NCBI GenBank assembly: GCA_041484665.1
Contig: JBGPIA010000011.1
Location: 82,091-146,090 of the forward strand
Direction: 5' to 3'
DNA length: 64,000 bases
From: Candidatus Krumholzibacteriia bacterium
GTDB taxonomy: Bacteria > Krumholzibacteriota > Krumholzibacteriia > JAJRXK01
Numbering within the stretch: position 1 is the stretch's first letter; the number at the start of each line of letters is the position of its first letter. The notes beneath the pieces were generated by a model. The model was not told the origin of the DNA and made no database searches. It was given only the letters and a program-made list of their open reading frames with translations. A program made the position numbers and the translations under genes. Shown here in pieces: positions 54,712-64,000 of the stretch.

Positions 54712-55851
54712 TCAGGTCATCCGCCGTTGCAGCCAGAGGCCGAAGAAGGGGTCGACGAAGCGGATCGACGCGTCCTCCTTCTTGCGGAGCACCTCCCGCG
54801 CGATCAGGGTGCGCAGGTTCTTGCTCACCGTGCTGGGCGAGCCGAGCCCCAGCCGCGTGACCATGCGCTGGCTGTGCAGGCGCTCGGTCTGCCCCCCGGC
54901 CAGGGCCAGCGCCAGATTGCGCTGGAAGGGCGAGAGCTGGTCCCACTGGATCTTGAAAGCGTACGCCTGGGTCTCAAGCACGTGGGACAGCGCGTTGCGC
55001 AGGTCGCTCTCGGCGAGCGTCCGCCGCTCGCGCCCCGCCTCGAACAGCGCGTGGGCCAGCATCTGGACGTAGTGGGGGATGTGCTCCGCCAACTCCAGGA
55101 GCTGGAACACGAGATCGACCTCGATGGACATCCCCGCGTCGCGGAAGCGCTGCTCGATGCCCAGCGCCATCGCCTGGGGAGACACGGGTGCCAGGCGCAC
55201 CGGCTCGGCCAGCTTGTGGAACAGCCCGCGCGGCTCCTGGAAGAGCGTGCGCACGCTGTCGTCGCGGCGCAGCACGAAGACGTAGCTCACCGAGAGATGG
55301 CGGCGGATGGCCGCGGCGAAGGTCTTGAGCAGGTCCAGGTCGGCGACTGCCACGAAGTCCTCGAAATCGTCCAGCACGACCACCAGGGGCCGGCCGCGCG
55401 TCTGCCGCAGCTGGGCCGGCGCCTCGAGGATCCGCTCCAACAGCACGCGCAGATCGCGGTCACGGTCCCACAGATCCAGTTGCAGGCCGGGCCGGCCACT
55501 GCTGGAGATCGTGACGCGCGGTACGAAGCTGGGGACGAGCTGGCGGACGGCCTCCTGCATGGCCTCCACCGTGCTGGTCGGCTCCAGCGTCAGCGCGGAG
55601 GCGTAGACCTCGGCGAAGCGACGGGTGTTGATCGCCGGCGTGAGGTCGGCGTAGGCAGTGTCGATTCCACCGGCCTTGCACTGGGCCAGCGTCGCGAGCA
55701 ACAGGCTGGTCTTCCCGGTGCCGCGCGGAGCCGTCAGGGCGAGATTGCGCCCATCCTTGAGGATCCTCAGGATCTCGGCCTGCTCTGTCTCGCGGCCGAC
55801 CAACAGCGACTCGCTGACCGGGGTACCGAAACGGAAGGGGTTGGCGGCCAT
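54712..55851 (-). CDS. AAA/STAND-like 'archaeal ATPase' family protein with C-terminal winged helix
   Basis: NPFRFG, VGRE.E, Walker A APRGTGKTS, Walker B VVLDDFE, IPHYVQ, FVDPFFGLW. Confidence 0.88.
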   Translation of the reverse strand: MAANPFRFGTPVSESLLVGRETEQAEILRILKDGRNLALTAPRGTGKTSLLLATLAQCKAGGIDTAYADLTPAINTRRFAEVYASALTLEPTSTVEAMQEAVRQLVPSFVPRVTISSSGRPGLQLDLWDRDRDLRVLLERILEAPAQLRQTRGRPLVVVLDDFEDFVAVADLDLLKTFAAAIRRHLSVSYVFVLRRDDSVRTLFQEPRGLFHKLAEPVRLAPVSPQAMALGIEQRFRDAGMSIEVDLVFQLLELAEHIPHYVQMLAHALFEAGRERRTLAESDLRNALSHVLETQAYAFKIQWDQLSPFQRNLALALAGGQTERLHSQRMVTRLGLGSPSTVSKNLRTLIAREVLRKKEDASIRFVDPFFGLWLQRRMT

Positions 55852-55931
55852 TCAGGACTCCCGGGCGCCCGAGGAACCCTCCGGCCTGCTGCCGGGCGTT
55901 TTACCAGAGGGTGAACTACTACAAATGAAAC

Positions 55932-55960
55932 TTGCGTTACGCCGCCTGGTAAAGTATAAA
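55932..55960 (+). promoter_or_regulatory. Sigma70-type promoter
   Basis: TTGCGT-N17-TATAAA with an A-rich upstream element, in a markedly AT-rich patch. Confidence 0.8.
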
Positions 55961-55966
55961 TTCGTG

Positions 55967-56309
55967 TGGTCCTGGGCGGTGCAAGGGCTTCTCCCTTCGT
56001 GGCAAGGGGTTGCTCCTCGCCTGCCGCTGGCCGGACGGTGTGGGGTAGGGGGCGTGGGGCACCTGCTCCGCGCTGGGCATGCCAAGGTCCCTGGGCAACT
56101 GCCCGCTGGATGGAGCAACGCTCCATCCCCCGTGGCGTGTACGAAGAGTAGGGACCCAGACAGTCGGCCGCTCGGGACCGCTAGGTTCGACCGGGGCCTC
56201 AGGGGTGCCAACCCAGGCTGCTGAGGTCCGACGGGTCAAGACGTTCCCGGTGAACGTGGTTAGCCACCGGATAGAGCGGGAGGATGCGCAAGCTCCTCCC
56301 GTTCTTTTT
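55967..56309 (+). ncRNA. Candidate ~340-nt structured non-coding RNA of unknown family
   Basis: Bounded by a promoter and an intrinsic terminator; many hairpins and nested helices; no convincing ORF. Confidence 0.6.
56274..56309 (+). terminator. Rho-independent terminator
   Basis: gagcgggagga / tcctcccgttc stem followed by ttttt. Confidence 0.85.
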
Positions 56310-56346
56310 GCCGCCATGTGGCGTGGTATGCTCCGTGCGTCCCCCC

Positions 56347-57765
56347 ATGCGCATGCCCTGCACCTTCCTTTTCCTGCTTGGCCGGCGGCGCGCCTGCACG
56401 TCTGGCCTGCCGAGGTCCGGGTTCGGGCCAAGGGCCGGGCGCGAGCCCTGGGCCGCACGCGAGCCTTGGGCCGCGCGCGCGCGCTGGGCCGTCCTCGCGT
56501 GGGTGGCGGCGAGCGTGGCGAGTGCCGCGGGCGCGGCCAGTGCGCTGTCACGAACTGCGCGCGCCGCTGACACGCCGCCGCCCGTGCCTGCTGCGGACTC
56601 CCGCGCGCTGGAGATCTCTCGCTCCGGCAAGAGCTGCGAGGAGTGCCACCGCGACCTCACCCCGGTGCTGTTCGCCGCATGGGAAGGCAGTCGCCACGCG
56701 GCGAAGGGCGTCACCTGCCAGGCCTGCCATGGCCGCGATCACAGCACGATCTTCTCGCACAAGGGTGAGGTGAGCGCGCGCGTCTGCGGCGGCTGCCACG
56801 CCAAGCAGGTCGAGGAGTTCGGCCGCAGCCTTCACGCGCAGGCCGCCGCGCTCATGGAAGCCGACCCGAAGTTCCAGCGCCTCAGCCCGGCCGTGGCCCA
56901 GCTCGGATGTGAGGGATGCCACCAGGTGGGGGAGCGCTGGCCCGATGGCAGCGCAGGCAAGTGCAACACCTGTCACAGTGGACATGCGTTCAGCGTGACC
57001 GAAGCGCGCCAGCCCCAGGCGTGCGCTGCCTGCCACGGCGGCCCGGACCACGCCCAAATGGAGATGTGGCAAGCCAGCAAGCACGGACAGCTCTATGCAT
57101 CCGAGACGACGCGAGCGCAGGCGCCTACCTGCGTCACGTGTCACATGCCAGGCGGCACTCACGACACCGGCCGGGGGCTGACGCTGGGCAACGTGGCGAA
57201 CGGCGCGGTGCTCGTGAGCGACACAGCGCCAGTGCGCATGCGCACGATCGCGCCGCCGGCAGCACGCCAGGAGCGCACGCACATGGTCCAGACGTGCCTG
57301 CCGTGCCATTCCTCGCGCTTCGCGGCCGCCAGCTTGGAGGAGGCGGATCAGGTCAAGCGCGAGGCCGACCGCATCCTGGGCGAGGCCGCTACGCTCGTCA
57401 CCGGCCTCTATGATGACGGCCTGTTGCAGCGCGCGACCACCACGCAGGAGGAGCTCGCGGCCTCCGGGCACGCTGCCGGGCCGGCGTTCGTCCTGGGCGG
57501 CGATCAGGTCTATTCCGGGCTGTCGTCTGCGGAGCAGATCTTCTTCGATCTCTACAAGTTCCACCACGCGACGATGTTCAAGGGGGCCTACCATAGCAGC
57601 CCCGAGTTCACGCACAACAGGGGCTACCTGCCCCTGCAGCAAGGCCTCACCGCGCTGCAGCACGAGGCATCGCAGCTGCGTGAGTCCGCTCGCGCACGCG
57701 GGGCCGCAAGCTCGCGCGAGAAACCACGGCGGCAGGCGGGAACCCCCGGAGAGGGCAAACGATGA
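56347..57765 (+). CDS. Octaheme cytochrome c, hydroxylamine oxidoreductase (HAO)-like; start uncertain
   Basis: 8 CxxCH; FSVTEARQPQACAACHGGPDH..MWQASKHG, APTCVTCHM, M.QTCLPCHS match the HAO layout; possible extended -10 TGGTATGCT at 56324. Confidence 0.88.
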   Translation: MRMPCTFLFLLGRRRACTSGLPRSGFGPRAGREPWAAREPWAARARWAVLAWVAASVASAAGAASALSRTARAADTPPPVPAADSRALEISRSGKSCEECHRDLTPVLFAAWEGSRHAAKGVTCQACHGRDHSTIFSHKGEVSARVCGGCHAKQVEEFGRSLHAQAAALMEADPKFQRLSPAVAQLGCEGCHQVGERWPDGSAGKCNTCHSGHAFSVTEARQPQACAACHGGPDHAQMEMWQASKHGQLYASETTRAQAPTCVTCHMPGGTHDTGRGLTLGNVANGAVLVSDTAPVRMRTIAPPAARQERTHMVQTCLPCHSSRFAAASLEEADQVKREADRILGEAATLVTGLYDDGLLQRATTTQEELAASGHAAGPAFVLGGDQVYSGLSSAEQIFFDLYKFHHATMFKGAYHSSPEFTHNRGYLPLQQGLTALQHEASQLRESARARGAASSREKPRRQAGTPGEGKR

Positions 57766-58997
57766 GCGCGATCACCACCAAGCAGGGAGCACGGGCTGCG
57801 AAGCGGATGCAGGCTTCGCGGGGCGCGCCGGCTCCGCTGGGCACGCAGGCTTCGCGGGGCGCGCCGGCTCCGCTGGGCACGCAGGCTCCCAAGCGCACCC
57901 AGCGCCAGGCGGGCGTGGGGCTCTGGAGCGGGCTGCTCGCGGTGTGCGTGGTGGTTGCCGCCGTGGCGGCTGCCGCCGCCGCGACGACCGCCGCACCGGC
58001 TGCCGCCGTCTCGACCCCCGCTGCAGCAGCCAGCGCCTCGTCGGTTACCCCGGCTCCATCGTCAAGCCGCGTGATCCAGTATCGCGGGCCGATGCCGCTG
58101 CTCCCGGATTCGGCCAACAATGGCGAGGTCAAGCTCACCTTCGAGCTCTACCGATCGCCGACCGGGGGCGTTCCGGTGTGGACCGAGACGCGCACGGTGG
58201 TCGCGCACGATCGCTTTGTCGAGGTGGACCTGGGTCAGGTGGAGCCGCTGCCCGACGAGGCATTCGAGAGCCCCTTCCGCTTCCTGTCGATCTGGCACGC
58301 AGCGGTGGAGTTCAAGCCGCGCAAGCAGGTGGTGAGCGTCGCGTATCTCGCGGCCAAGCCGGAGGAGTACGCGGCGGGGCAGGCTGGTGTCGTGTCGACC
58401 GGACGCCTCACCGCAGCCGCCTATGCCGACGCGGGATCCGGTGGGATGACCGCTGGTGTCGCACCCGCCACGGCGGGGGGCACCACCAGCGGCACAGGCG
58501 GCACCACGGTCGGCGGGGTCGGCGGGGTCGGTGGCGGTCTCGCAGGCGGCTCGATGAGCGGCTCAGTCGGGGACGTCGCTGGCGGCACGGCCGGCACCGC
58601 GGCCTCGGGCGCAATGCTCTCGGGCGCGGACAGCGGGTCGGCGTCGCCGCAACCGCCGCCAGCGCCGCTGGGCAGCACCGTCGACGTGGGCGGTTTCGCC
58701 ATCGAGCGCAATCCGCGGTCCCCGACGACCTGGCTGCAGGCCGAGCGTGCCGCCGCGCAGCTCGGCGCGCGCCTACCCACCTTCCAGGAGTGGTACGCCG
58801 CCGTGGACGGTCCGGCGCGGGCGCAGCTCGAGCAGGTGACGGGGCACTACGAATGGGTCATCCCGTGGGTCTACGACCCGCAGATCCACTCCCGCATGGA
58901 AGAGCTCTACCGCGGGAAGCCGGTGGCCTGCTATTACAACGAGCTCAGCCCCCAGCACGATTATCCATACCGGCTGGTGGCGATCCGGGCGCGCTAG
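57762..58997 (+). CDS. Exported hypothetical protein: N-terminal beta domain, Gly-rich linker, C-terminal FGE/C-type-lectin-like motif
   Basis: LTFELYRSPTGGVPVWTET..VDLG; TWLQAERAAAQLGARLPTFQEW; 4-bp overlap with the cytochrome gene. Confidence 0.7.
   Translation: MSAITTKQGARAAKRMQASRGAPAPLGTQASRGAPAPLGTQAPKRTQRQAGVGLWSGLLAVCVVVAAVAAAAAATTAAPAAAVSTPAAAASASSVTPAPSSSRVIQYRGPMPLLPDSANNGEVKLTFELYRSPTGGVPVWTETRTVVAHDRFVEVDLGQVEPLPDEAFESPFRFLSIWHAAVEFKPRKQVVSVAYLAAKPEEYAAGQAGVVSTGRLTAAAYADAGSGGMTAGVAPATAGGTTSGTGGTTVGGVGGVGGGLAGGSMSGSVGDVAGGTAGTAASGAMLSGADSGSASPQPPPAPLGSTVDVGGFAIERNPRSPTTWLQAERAAAQLGARLPTFQEWYAAVDGPARAQLEQVTGHYEWVIPWVYDPQIHSRMEELYRGKPVACYYNELSPQHDYPYRLVAIRAR
57809..57887 (+). repeat. 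Exact 36-bp coding tandem duplication
   Basis: gcaggcttcgcggggcgcgccggctccgctgggcac twice plus a partial copy (QASRGAPAPLGT). Confidence 0.9.
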
Positions 58998-59015
58998 GCA
59001 GGCGGTGGGGCGGCC

Positions 59016-59711
59016 TCAGTGCGGTCCGTGCCGCAGCGCGTGCACCGCACTGCCGTAATCCTGCGACGAGAAGATCGGGTAGCCAGCCACCAACTCGTCG
59101 GCGCCTGCCGCGACCAGACCGTCGCGCGTCCTCGTCCACACGCCGCCATCGGCCTGCAGGGCGAAGGGCAGCTCCTGCGCGGCGCGCTGCTGCGCGAGCC
59201 AGCGCAGACGGTCGTAGGTGGTCTCCTCGAAAGCTCCTCCCGCGCGCGGGTCGACCCCCAGGGGGTTGACGACATCCACTGCCGCCAGGTGCGGGGCGAG
59301 GGCGTTCAGCGGCGTCGCGGGGAAGCACGCGACCCCGGCCTGCACGTTCAGCGCACGGATCTGCCGCAGGCAGCCGGCCACGTCGGGCGTGGCCTCGACG
59401 TGGATCGTGATCCGATCGGCGCCGGCCTTGGCGTAGGCCTGCAGCAGGCGCTCGGGCTGGTGCGTGAGCTCCACCAGCAAGTGAACGTCGAGCACCCTGC
59501 GCGTGAGCGGGCGCAAGGCGGTCACTACCGAAGGGCCCATGCACAGGTCGGGTACGAGGTGCCCATCCATGACGTCGATGTGGTAGCCATCGGCGCCGGC
59601 GGACTCCAGGCGCTCGAGCTCCTCGGCCAGGCGCAGCGGGTCGGCGGAGCGCAGGGAGACGAGGACGCGGAGCTCGCGCAGCCCGCGCAGCTCGCGCAAC
59701 CCCCCCGCCAT
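59016..59711 (-). CDS. rpe: Ribulose-phosphate 3-epimerase family protein
   Basis: HIDVMDGHLVP, DVHL, ITIHVE, QADGGV. Confidence 0.85.
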   Translation of the reverse strand: MAGGLRELRGLRELRVLVSLRSADPLRLAEELERLESAGADGYHIDVMDGHLVPDLCMGPSVVTALRPLTRRVLDVHLLVELTHQPERLLQAYAKAGADRITIHVEATPDVAGCLRQIRALNVQAGVACFPATPLNALAPHLAAVDVVNPLGVDPRAGGAFEETTYDRLRWLAQQRAAQELPFALQADGGVWTRTRDGLVAAGADELVAGYPIFSSQDYGSAVHALRHGPH

Positions 59712-59713
59712 GC

Positions 59714-60430
59714 TCAGTGTCCTCGCAGCAGCCGGTCACCCAGGTACGCGGGCAGGCCGGCGGCTTTCATCCGCTCGTGAGTCAGCCAGATGTCGTACTC
59801 CACTCGCACCAGCGCCAGCTCGTTCTGCTGCAGGTCGAGGATGGCGTAGGCGGCGCGGGGGTCGCGGTCGCGCGGCTGGCCGACGCTGCCGGGGTTGAAC
59901 AGATAGCGGCACTCCTGGCGCAGCGCGTACGCCGCCAGCGGGCCCGGCTCCACGATCTCCCCGTCGAAGACGTACTGGAAGTGGGTGTGTCCGCAGGCCG
60001 AGATCCACATGGGCTGTGCCGCCACGACTTCCTGCATGCGCTCCTCGGAGAAGACGTACTCGTCGCGGTCGTCGGGAGAGCCGTGGATGAAGAGCGCCTT
60101 GCCCTCGACCTCCACCCGCGTGCGGAAGCCCGCGATGTAGTCGAGGTCGGCGGGGGAGAGGATCGCCCGGTTGTGCTGCAGCGCGAGCAGGGCGAAGGCG
60201 TTGAAGCGCTCGGTGGACAGCTCCCCGAGCAGGCCGGCCTCGTGGTTGCCCTGGACGACCTCGGCGTCGAGGTCGCGCAACGCCTGCAAGCACTCCGCCG
60301 GGTTGGGGCCGTAGCCCACCACGTCGCCCAGGCAGATGTAGCGGTCGGGACGCCGCTTGCGCGCGTCGGCCAGGACGGCCTCCAATGCCGCGAGGTTGGC
60401 GTGGATGTCGGCAAGGATGCAAAGGCGCAT
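59714..60430 (-). CDS. Metallophosphoesterase family protein
   Basis: DIHAN, GDVVGYG, GNHE, HGSP, GHTH, NPGSVGQPRD. Confidence 0.93.
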   Translation of the reverse strand: MRLCILADIHANLAALEAVLADARKRRPDRYICLGDVVGYGPNPAECLQALRDLDAEVVQGNHEAGLLGELSTERFNAFALLALQHNRAILSPADLDYIAGFRTRVEVEGKALFIHGSPDDRDEYVFSEERMQEVVAAQPMWISACGHTHFQYVFDGEIVEPGPLAAYALRQECRYLFNPGSVGQPRDRDPRAAYAILDLQQNELALVRVEYDIWLTHERMKAAGLPAYLGDRLLRGH

Positions 60431-60624
60431 GACGCTCGCCGGCCGGCGCGCTACCGTGCGCTGCGGGCCCGGCCGGGAAAGGGGGAGGCCTGAGGGGACG
60501 TGGGCAGCTTCAGATATCGCGCAACTTTACGCCGGGATGGGCCCGGTTGGCTACCCCGGCCGCCAGCCCCTCCTGGCGTAGGACAGCCGCTCTCCCGGCA
60601 CACCGCTTGCCCGCCACACTGGTC

Positions 60625-61464
60625 ATGACCCCAGGCTCCATCCGCCGGCCGCTCGTGATCGCCCACCGGGGTGACAGCGCCCACGCCCCCGAGAACACCC
60701 TGCCCGCCTTCGAGGCGGCCGTCGCCAAGGGGGCCGACTGCATCGAGCTGGACCTGCTCCTCTCGCACGACGGCGAGGTTGTCGTCTGTCACGACCCGGT
60801 GCTGACGCGCCTGGCCGGGGGCCGCCAGCGCGTACGGGATCTGGATGCGGCGGAGCTGGCGCGGGTGGACGTGGGCGGGCGCCTGTTTCCGCGTTTCGCC
60901 GGGACGGGGATCCCCGCTCTCGCGGTCGTGCTCGAGCGCGTCGGCACGCGTCTGCCCCTCTGCCTGGAGCTCAAGTCCTGCGGCCACGGCCGGCGCGAGG
61001 CGGACAATCGCCGGCTGCTGGCGCGCTGCCTGCAGTTGGTGCCACGCCGCTCTGCCCATGCCCTGGCCAGCTTCGATGCCGGCCTGGTGCGTGGGGTGCT
61101 GGAAGCCGGACGCAAGGCCGTCCTGATCGTCAGCGAAGCTGCGGCGCTGCGCCGGCTCGCACCGCGCGAGCTGAGCGCCCTGCACGCGGTGAGCGCGGCG
61201 CACGATCTGCTCGATGAGGAGTTCGTGCGGCGCGTCGTTCGTGCCGATGTGCCGCTGTGGGTGTGGACCGTCGATGGTGAGCGCGCCGTGCGACGCGCCC
61301 TGGCCTGGGGCGCCAGCGCCATCTGCGGCAACGACGTGGCCGCCAACCGCGCGCTGATCGACCGCCTGTGGCACGTGGGCTCAGGTGCGGAGCGTGCCGG
61401 TGCGGGGCCTGCCGGGACGGGGCGCGCGGGCACGGGGCGTGCCGGAACGAGGCGGTCCCCATGA
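60625..61464 (+). CDS. Glycerophosphodiester phosphodiesterase
   Basis: IAHRG, PENT, ELD, HD, ELK, WTVD. Confidence 0.92.
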   Translation: MTPGSIRRPLVIAHRGDSAHAPENTLPAFEAAVAKGADCIELDLLLSHDGEVVVCHDPVLTRLAGGRQRVRDLDAAELARVDVGGRLFPRFAGTGIPALAVVLERVGTRLPLCLELKSCGHGRREADNRRLLARCLQLVPRRSAHALASFDAGLVRGVLEAGRKAVLIVSEAAALRRLAPRELSALHAVSAAHDLLDEEFVRRVVRADVPLWVWTVDGERAVRRALAWGASAICGNDVAANRALIDRLWHVGSGAERAGAGPAGTGRAGTGRAGTRRSP

Positions 61465-63035
61465 CCATGCAGGCCCCCGGACTGCGCCCCGATCCGCGCG
61501 AGCTGCGCACCCGCCGTTTCGACCTGCTGGTGATCGGCGGGGGGATCCACGGCTGTGGCATCGCGCGCGACGCCGCGCTGCGCGGGCTGCGCGTGGCGCT
61601 GATCGAGCGCGACGACTTCGGCGAGGGCACCAGCAGCCGCAGCAGCAAGCTCGTCCATGGCGGCCTGCGCTACCTCGAGCAGATGCACCTGCGCCTGGTG
61701 CGGGAATCGCTCCGCGAGCGCGCGATCCTCCTGCAGATCGCGCCGCATCTGGTGCGGCGCCTGCCATTCCTGCTGCCCATCTACCAGGGCGCGCGCCACG
61801 GCAAGCTGAAGGTGGCCTTGGGCCTGACGCTCTACGACCTGCTGGCCGGGCGCGGCATGCTGCAGCGGCACCGCGTGCTCTCGGCGCAGCAGGCGCTGGC
61901 GCTGGAGCCGCGCCTCAACCCGCACGGCCTCGCGGGCGCGGCACTCTTCCACGACGCGCAGATGAACGACGCCCGGCTTGTGTTGGAGAACGCGCTGGAC
62001 GCCCGCGCCCACGGCGCGGAGGTGTGGAGTCGGGTGGAGGCCGCCGAGCTCCTGCAGGATCAGGGGCGCGTCGCGGGCGCCGCGCTGCGCGATCGCCTGA
62101 CCGGCGAGCGGTTCGAGCTGTTGGCCACGCTCACCGTGAACGCGGCCGGACCCTGGTATGCCGACGTGCTGGCGCGGCAGCAGCTCACCGCGCACACGCC
62201 GTTGCGTCTGAGCCGCGGGACGCACATCGTCGTCCCTGCGGTGACGCACGGGCACGCGCTGCTCTTGACCGCGCTGCGCGATGGCCGCGTCTTCTTCGTG
62301 CTGCCGTGGAAGGGCAAGTCGTTGGTGGGCACGACCGACGTCGAAGTGGACACGCCCGAGCGCGGCCACGAGCCGAGCGAGGACGAGATCTCGTACCTGC
62401 TCGACGAGCTGCAGCTGGCGCTGGACGGCGACGCGCCGCGACGGGCGGACGTGCTGTGCGCGTTCGCCGGCGTGCGCGCGCTGCCGCCCGGTCCGCAGTC
62501 CGAGGTGGGCGATCTGTCGCGCGCGGCGCTGGTGCGGGAGGAGGCCCCCGGCCTGCTGGGCGTCCTGGGCGGCAAGTACACCACCTACCGCGCGGTGGCG
62601 GAGCGGGCCGTCGACCACGCCGTGCGTCTGCTGGGACTGTCCGGCGGGCGAGTGTGTACCACCGCGCTTCGCCAGCTTCCCGGCGGGCGCATCGCCGACA
62701 TGAACGACTACTTCGCCGTGGCCGAGGAGACGCTCACGCGCGAATACCAGTTGCCGGTGGAGGTCCTGCGCTACCTGGTGGGGACCTACGGCAGCCGCCA
62801 CACCGAGGTGCTGAAGGTGATCCGCGAGGATCCGGCGTATGGCGAGCCGCTGGAGGATGGACTGCCGTTCACGCGCGGCGAGATCATCCACGCGGTGCGC
62901 CACGAGCTGGCGCTGACGCCGGACGACGTGCTGTGGCGCCGCACGTGGCGCGCCCACGTGGGTGACGTCGGCGAGGTGGCGCGGCGGCGGTGGGAGGATG
63001 CGGTGCAGGCGGCGATGGCCGCCGTGCAGCGCTGA
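61461..63035 (+). CDS. glpD: FAD-dependent glycerol-3-phosphate dehydrogenase
   Basis: GGGIHG, GTSSRSSKLVHGGLRYLE, NAAGPW, GTTD, GGKYTTYR. Confidence 0.95.
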   Translation: MTMQAPGLRPDPRELRTRRFDLLVIGGGIHGCGIARDAALRGLRVALIERDDFGEGTSSRSSKLVHGGLRYLEQMHLRLVRESLRERAILLQIAPHLVRRLPFLLPIYQGARHGKLKVALGLTLYDLLAGRGMLQRHRVLSAQQALALEPRLNPHGLAGAALFHDAQMNDARLVLENALDARAHGAEVWSRVEAAELLQDQGRVAGAALRDRLTGERFELLATLTVNAAGPWYADVLARQQLTAHTPLRLSRGTHIVVPAVTHGHALLLTALRDGRVFFVLPWKGKSLVGTTDVEVDTPERGHEPSEDEISYLLDELQLALDGDAPRRADVLCAFAGVRALPPGPQSEVGDLSRAALVREEAPGLLGVLGGKYTTYRAVAERAVDHAVRLLGLSGGRVCTTALRQLPGGRIADMNDYFAVAEETLTREYQLPVEVLRYLVGTYGSRHTEVLKVIREDPAYGEPLEDGLPFTRGEIIHAVRHELALTPDDVLWRRTWRAHVGDVGEVARRRWEDAVQAAMAAVQR

Positions 63036-63860
63036 CTAGGTCCGCGAATCGGGCGCCGGCGACGGCTGGCAGAGATCGCAGGTGCGGCCCAGCCCGCGTA
63101 AAGCGATCAGCTCCACGGCGGGCGACCGGAAGCCCGTACGCACGGGCTCCTCGCGCATGAGGTCGGTGCTCAGGTATTTCTTGTTGCTGTCGGGGAAGAT
63201 CGTCACGACGACCGACGAGCACCCAAGCTCGTCCTGGGCCTTCAGCGCTCCCAGGAAGTTGGCACCCGACGAGATCCCCACGCCATCACCGTGCCGCCCG
63301 TTCCGACGCCGGCAACGAAGGCATTGGGGACCAGCGAGAGCTGCGCCAGCTGCGACCCGATCTCCGGCCCGGTGGTCAGCTCGTGCGCCTCGCTGTTGTC
63401 CTCGTTGGAGCACTGCCGGGGCAGGAATGCCCCAGGCGTGCGTGCCGCCAGCTCCTCGGCCAGTTGGATACTGCCGAGAAAGCCGCCTTGCTCCACGTTC
63501 ACGAGGTGCACCTGCGCGCCGAGGGAGCGGATGAGGTTGATTCGCTCGGGGCTCATCCAGTGGGGCATGAAGACGGCGACCGGGTGCCCGAGCGCCCGCC
63601 CGATGGCGGCGAATGAGAGGCCGGTGTTTCCGCTCGTCGCCTCGACGATCCACGCCCCCGGCACGAGCACGCCCTTCTGGTAGGCGCGCCGCACTTCGTG
63701 CAGGGCCATGCGGTCCTTGACGCTCTCCGTGAGGTTGAGCGTCTCGGCCTTGGTGTACACCGTGCGCCGCTCGCCGCGGAAAACGCAGTCGACGGCGAGC
63801 ATGGGCGTGTTGCCGATCAGGAAGGTGAGGCCGCGTAGACGCTGGGCGAGCTCGGCGGCG
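63036..63860 (-). pseudogene. Cysteine synthase (PLP-dependent) gene with internal deletion and frameshift
   Basis: [25 protein letters not shown] in one frame; [18 protein letters not shown] in another; the region between them is missing; the 5' end may lie beyond the window. Confidence 0.85.
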
Positions 63861-64000
63861 GGCGGCGCGGCGGGCGACGCGGCGGGCGACGCGGCGAGAG
63901 GCGTGGCGGGCGGCGCGGCGGGCGGCGCGGCGGGCGACGCGGCAGGCGGCGCGGCGGGCGACGCGGCGGGCGACGCGGCGAGAGGCGTGGCGGGCGGCGC
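63855..64000. repeat. 12-bp GC-rich tandem repeat running off the right edge
   Basis: Repeated g(g/a)cgcggcgggc units with variants. Confidence 0.9.

Noticed and set aside
54712..55851. ATPase as an Avs/STAND defence system
   Set aside because: Short protein with no effector or TPR sensor domain and no defence-gene neighbours.
55967..56309. tmRNA, RNase P, SRP RNA or tRNA
   Set aside because: No tRNA-like acceptor or CCA ends, no GAGGAAAGTCC, no SRP helix-8 motif; the single ggttcga is not in a cloverleaf context.
56284..56346. ORF-track start of the octaheme cytochrome at 56284
   Set aside because: That ATG lies inside the terminator hairpin; a start at or after 56347 is more plausible.

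Overview
A very GC-rich bacterial chromosomal window with about 50 real genes and many spurious shadow ORFs. I found no rRNA, tRNA, CRISPR array or transposase. The gene content (PorV-like barrel, large multiheme cytochromes, CHASE2 cyclase) suggests a diderm anaerobe or facultative organism, possibly an FCB-group candidate phylum; that placement is a low-confidence inference. Main content: (1) a 2-aminophenol-type meta-cleavage cluster (amnC, amnB, an amnA-RidA fusion) preceded by a luciferase-like oxidoreductase and an asparaginase-II homologue lacking its Zn ligands; (2) a five-gene porin-cytochrome operon with an inner-membrane His-containing protein, an apparently circularly permuted Fe-S/TrxR-fold flavoprotein, 23- and 31-CxxCH cytochromes and a beta-barrel, behind a sigma54-like promoter; (3) a signalling locus: GAF sigma54 activator, sigma54-like promoter, PorV-transglutaminase-TPR fusion, paralogous TPR protein, CHASE2 adenylate cyclase and Ser/Thr kinase; (4) HDOD plus motAB with no other flagellar genes in the window; (5) a roughly 340-nt structured non-coding interval between a sigma70-type promoter and an intrinsic terminator, upstream of an HAO-family octaheme cytochrome; (6) several pseudogenes. 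All family assignments come from motif recognition by eye, not database searches.
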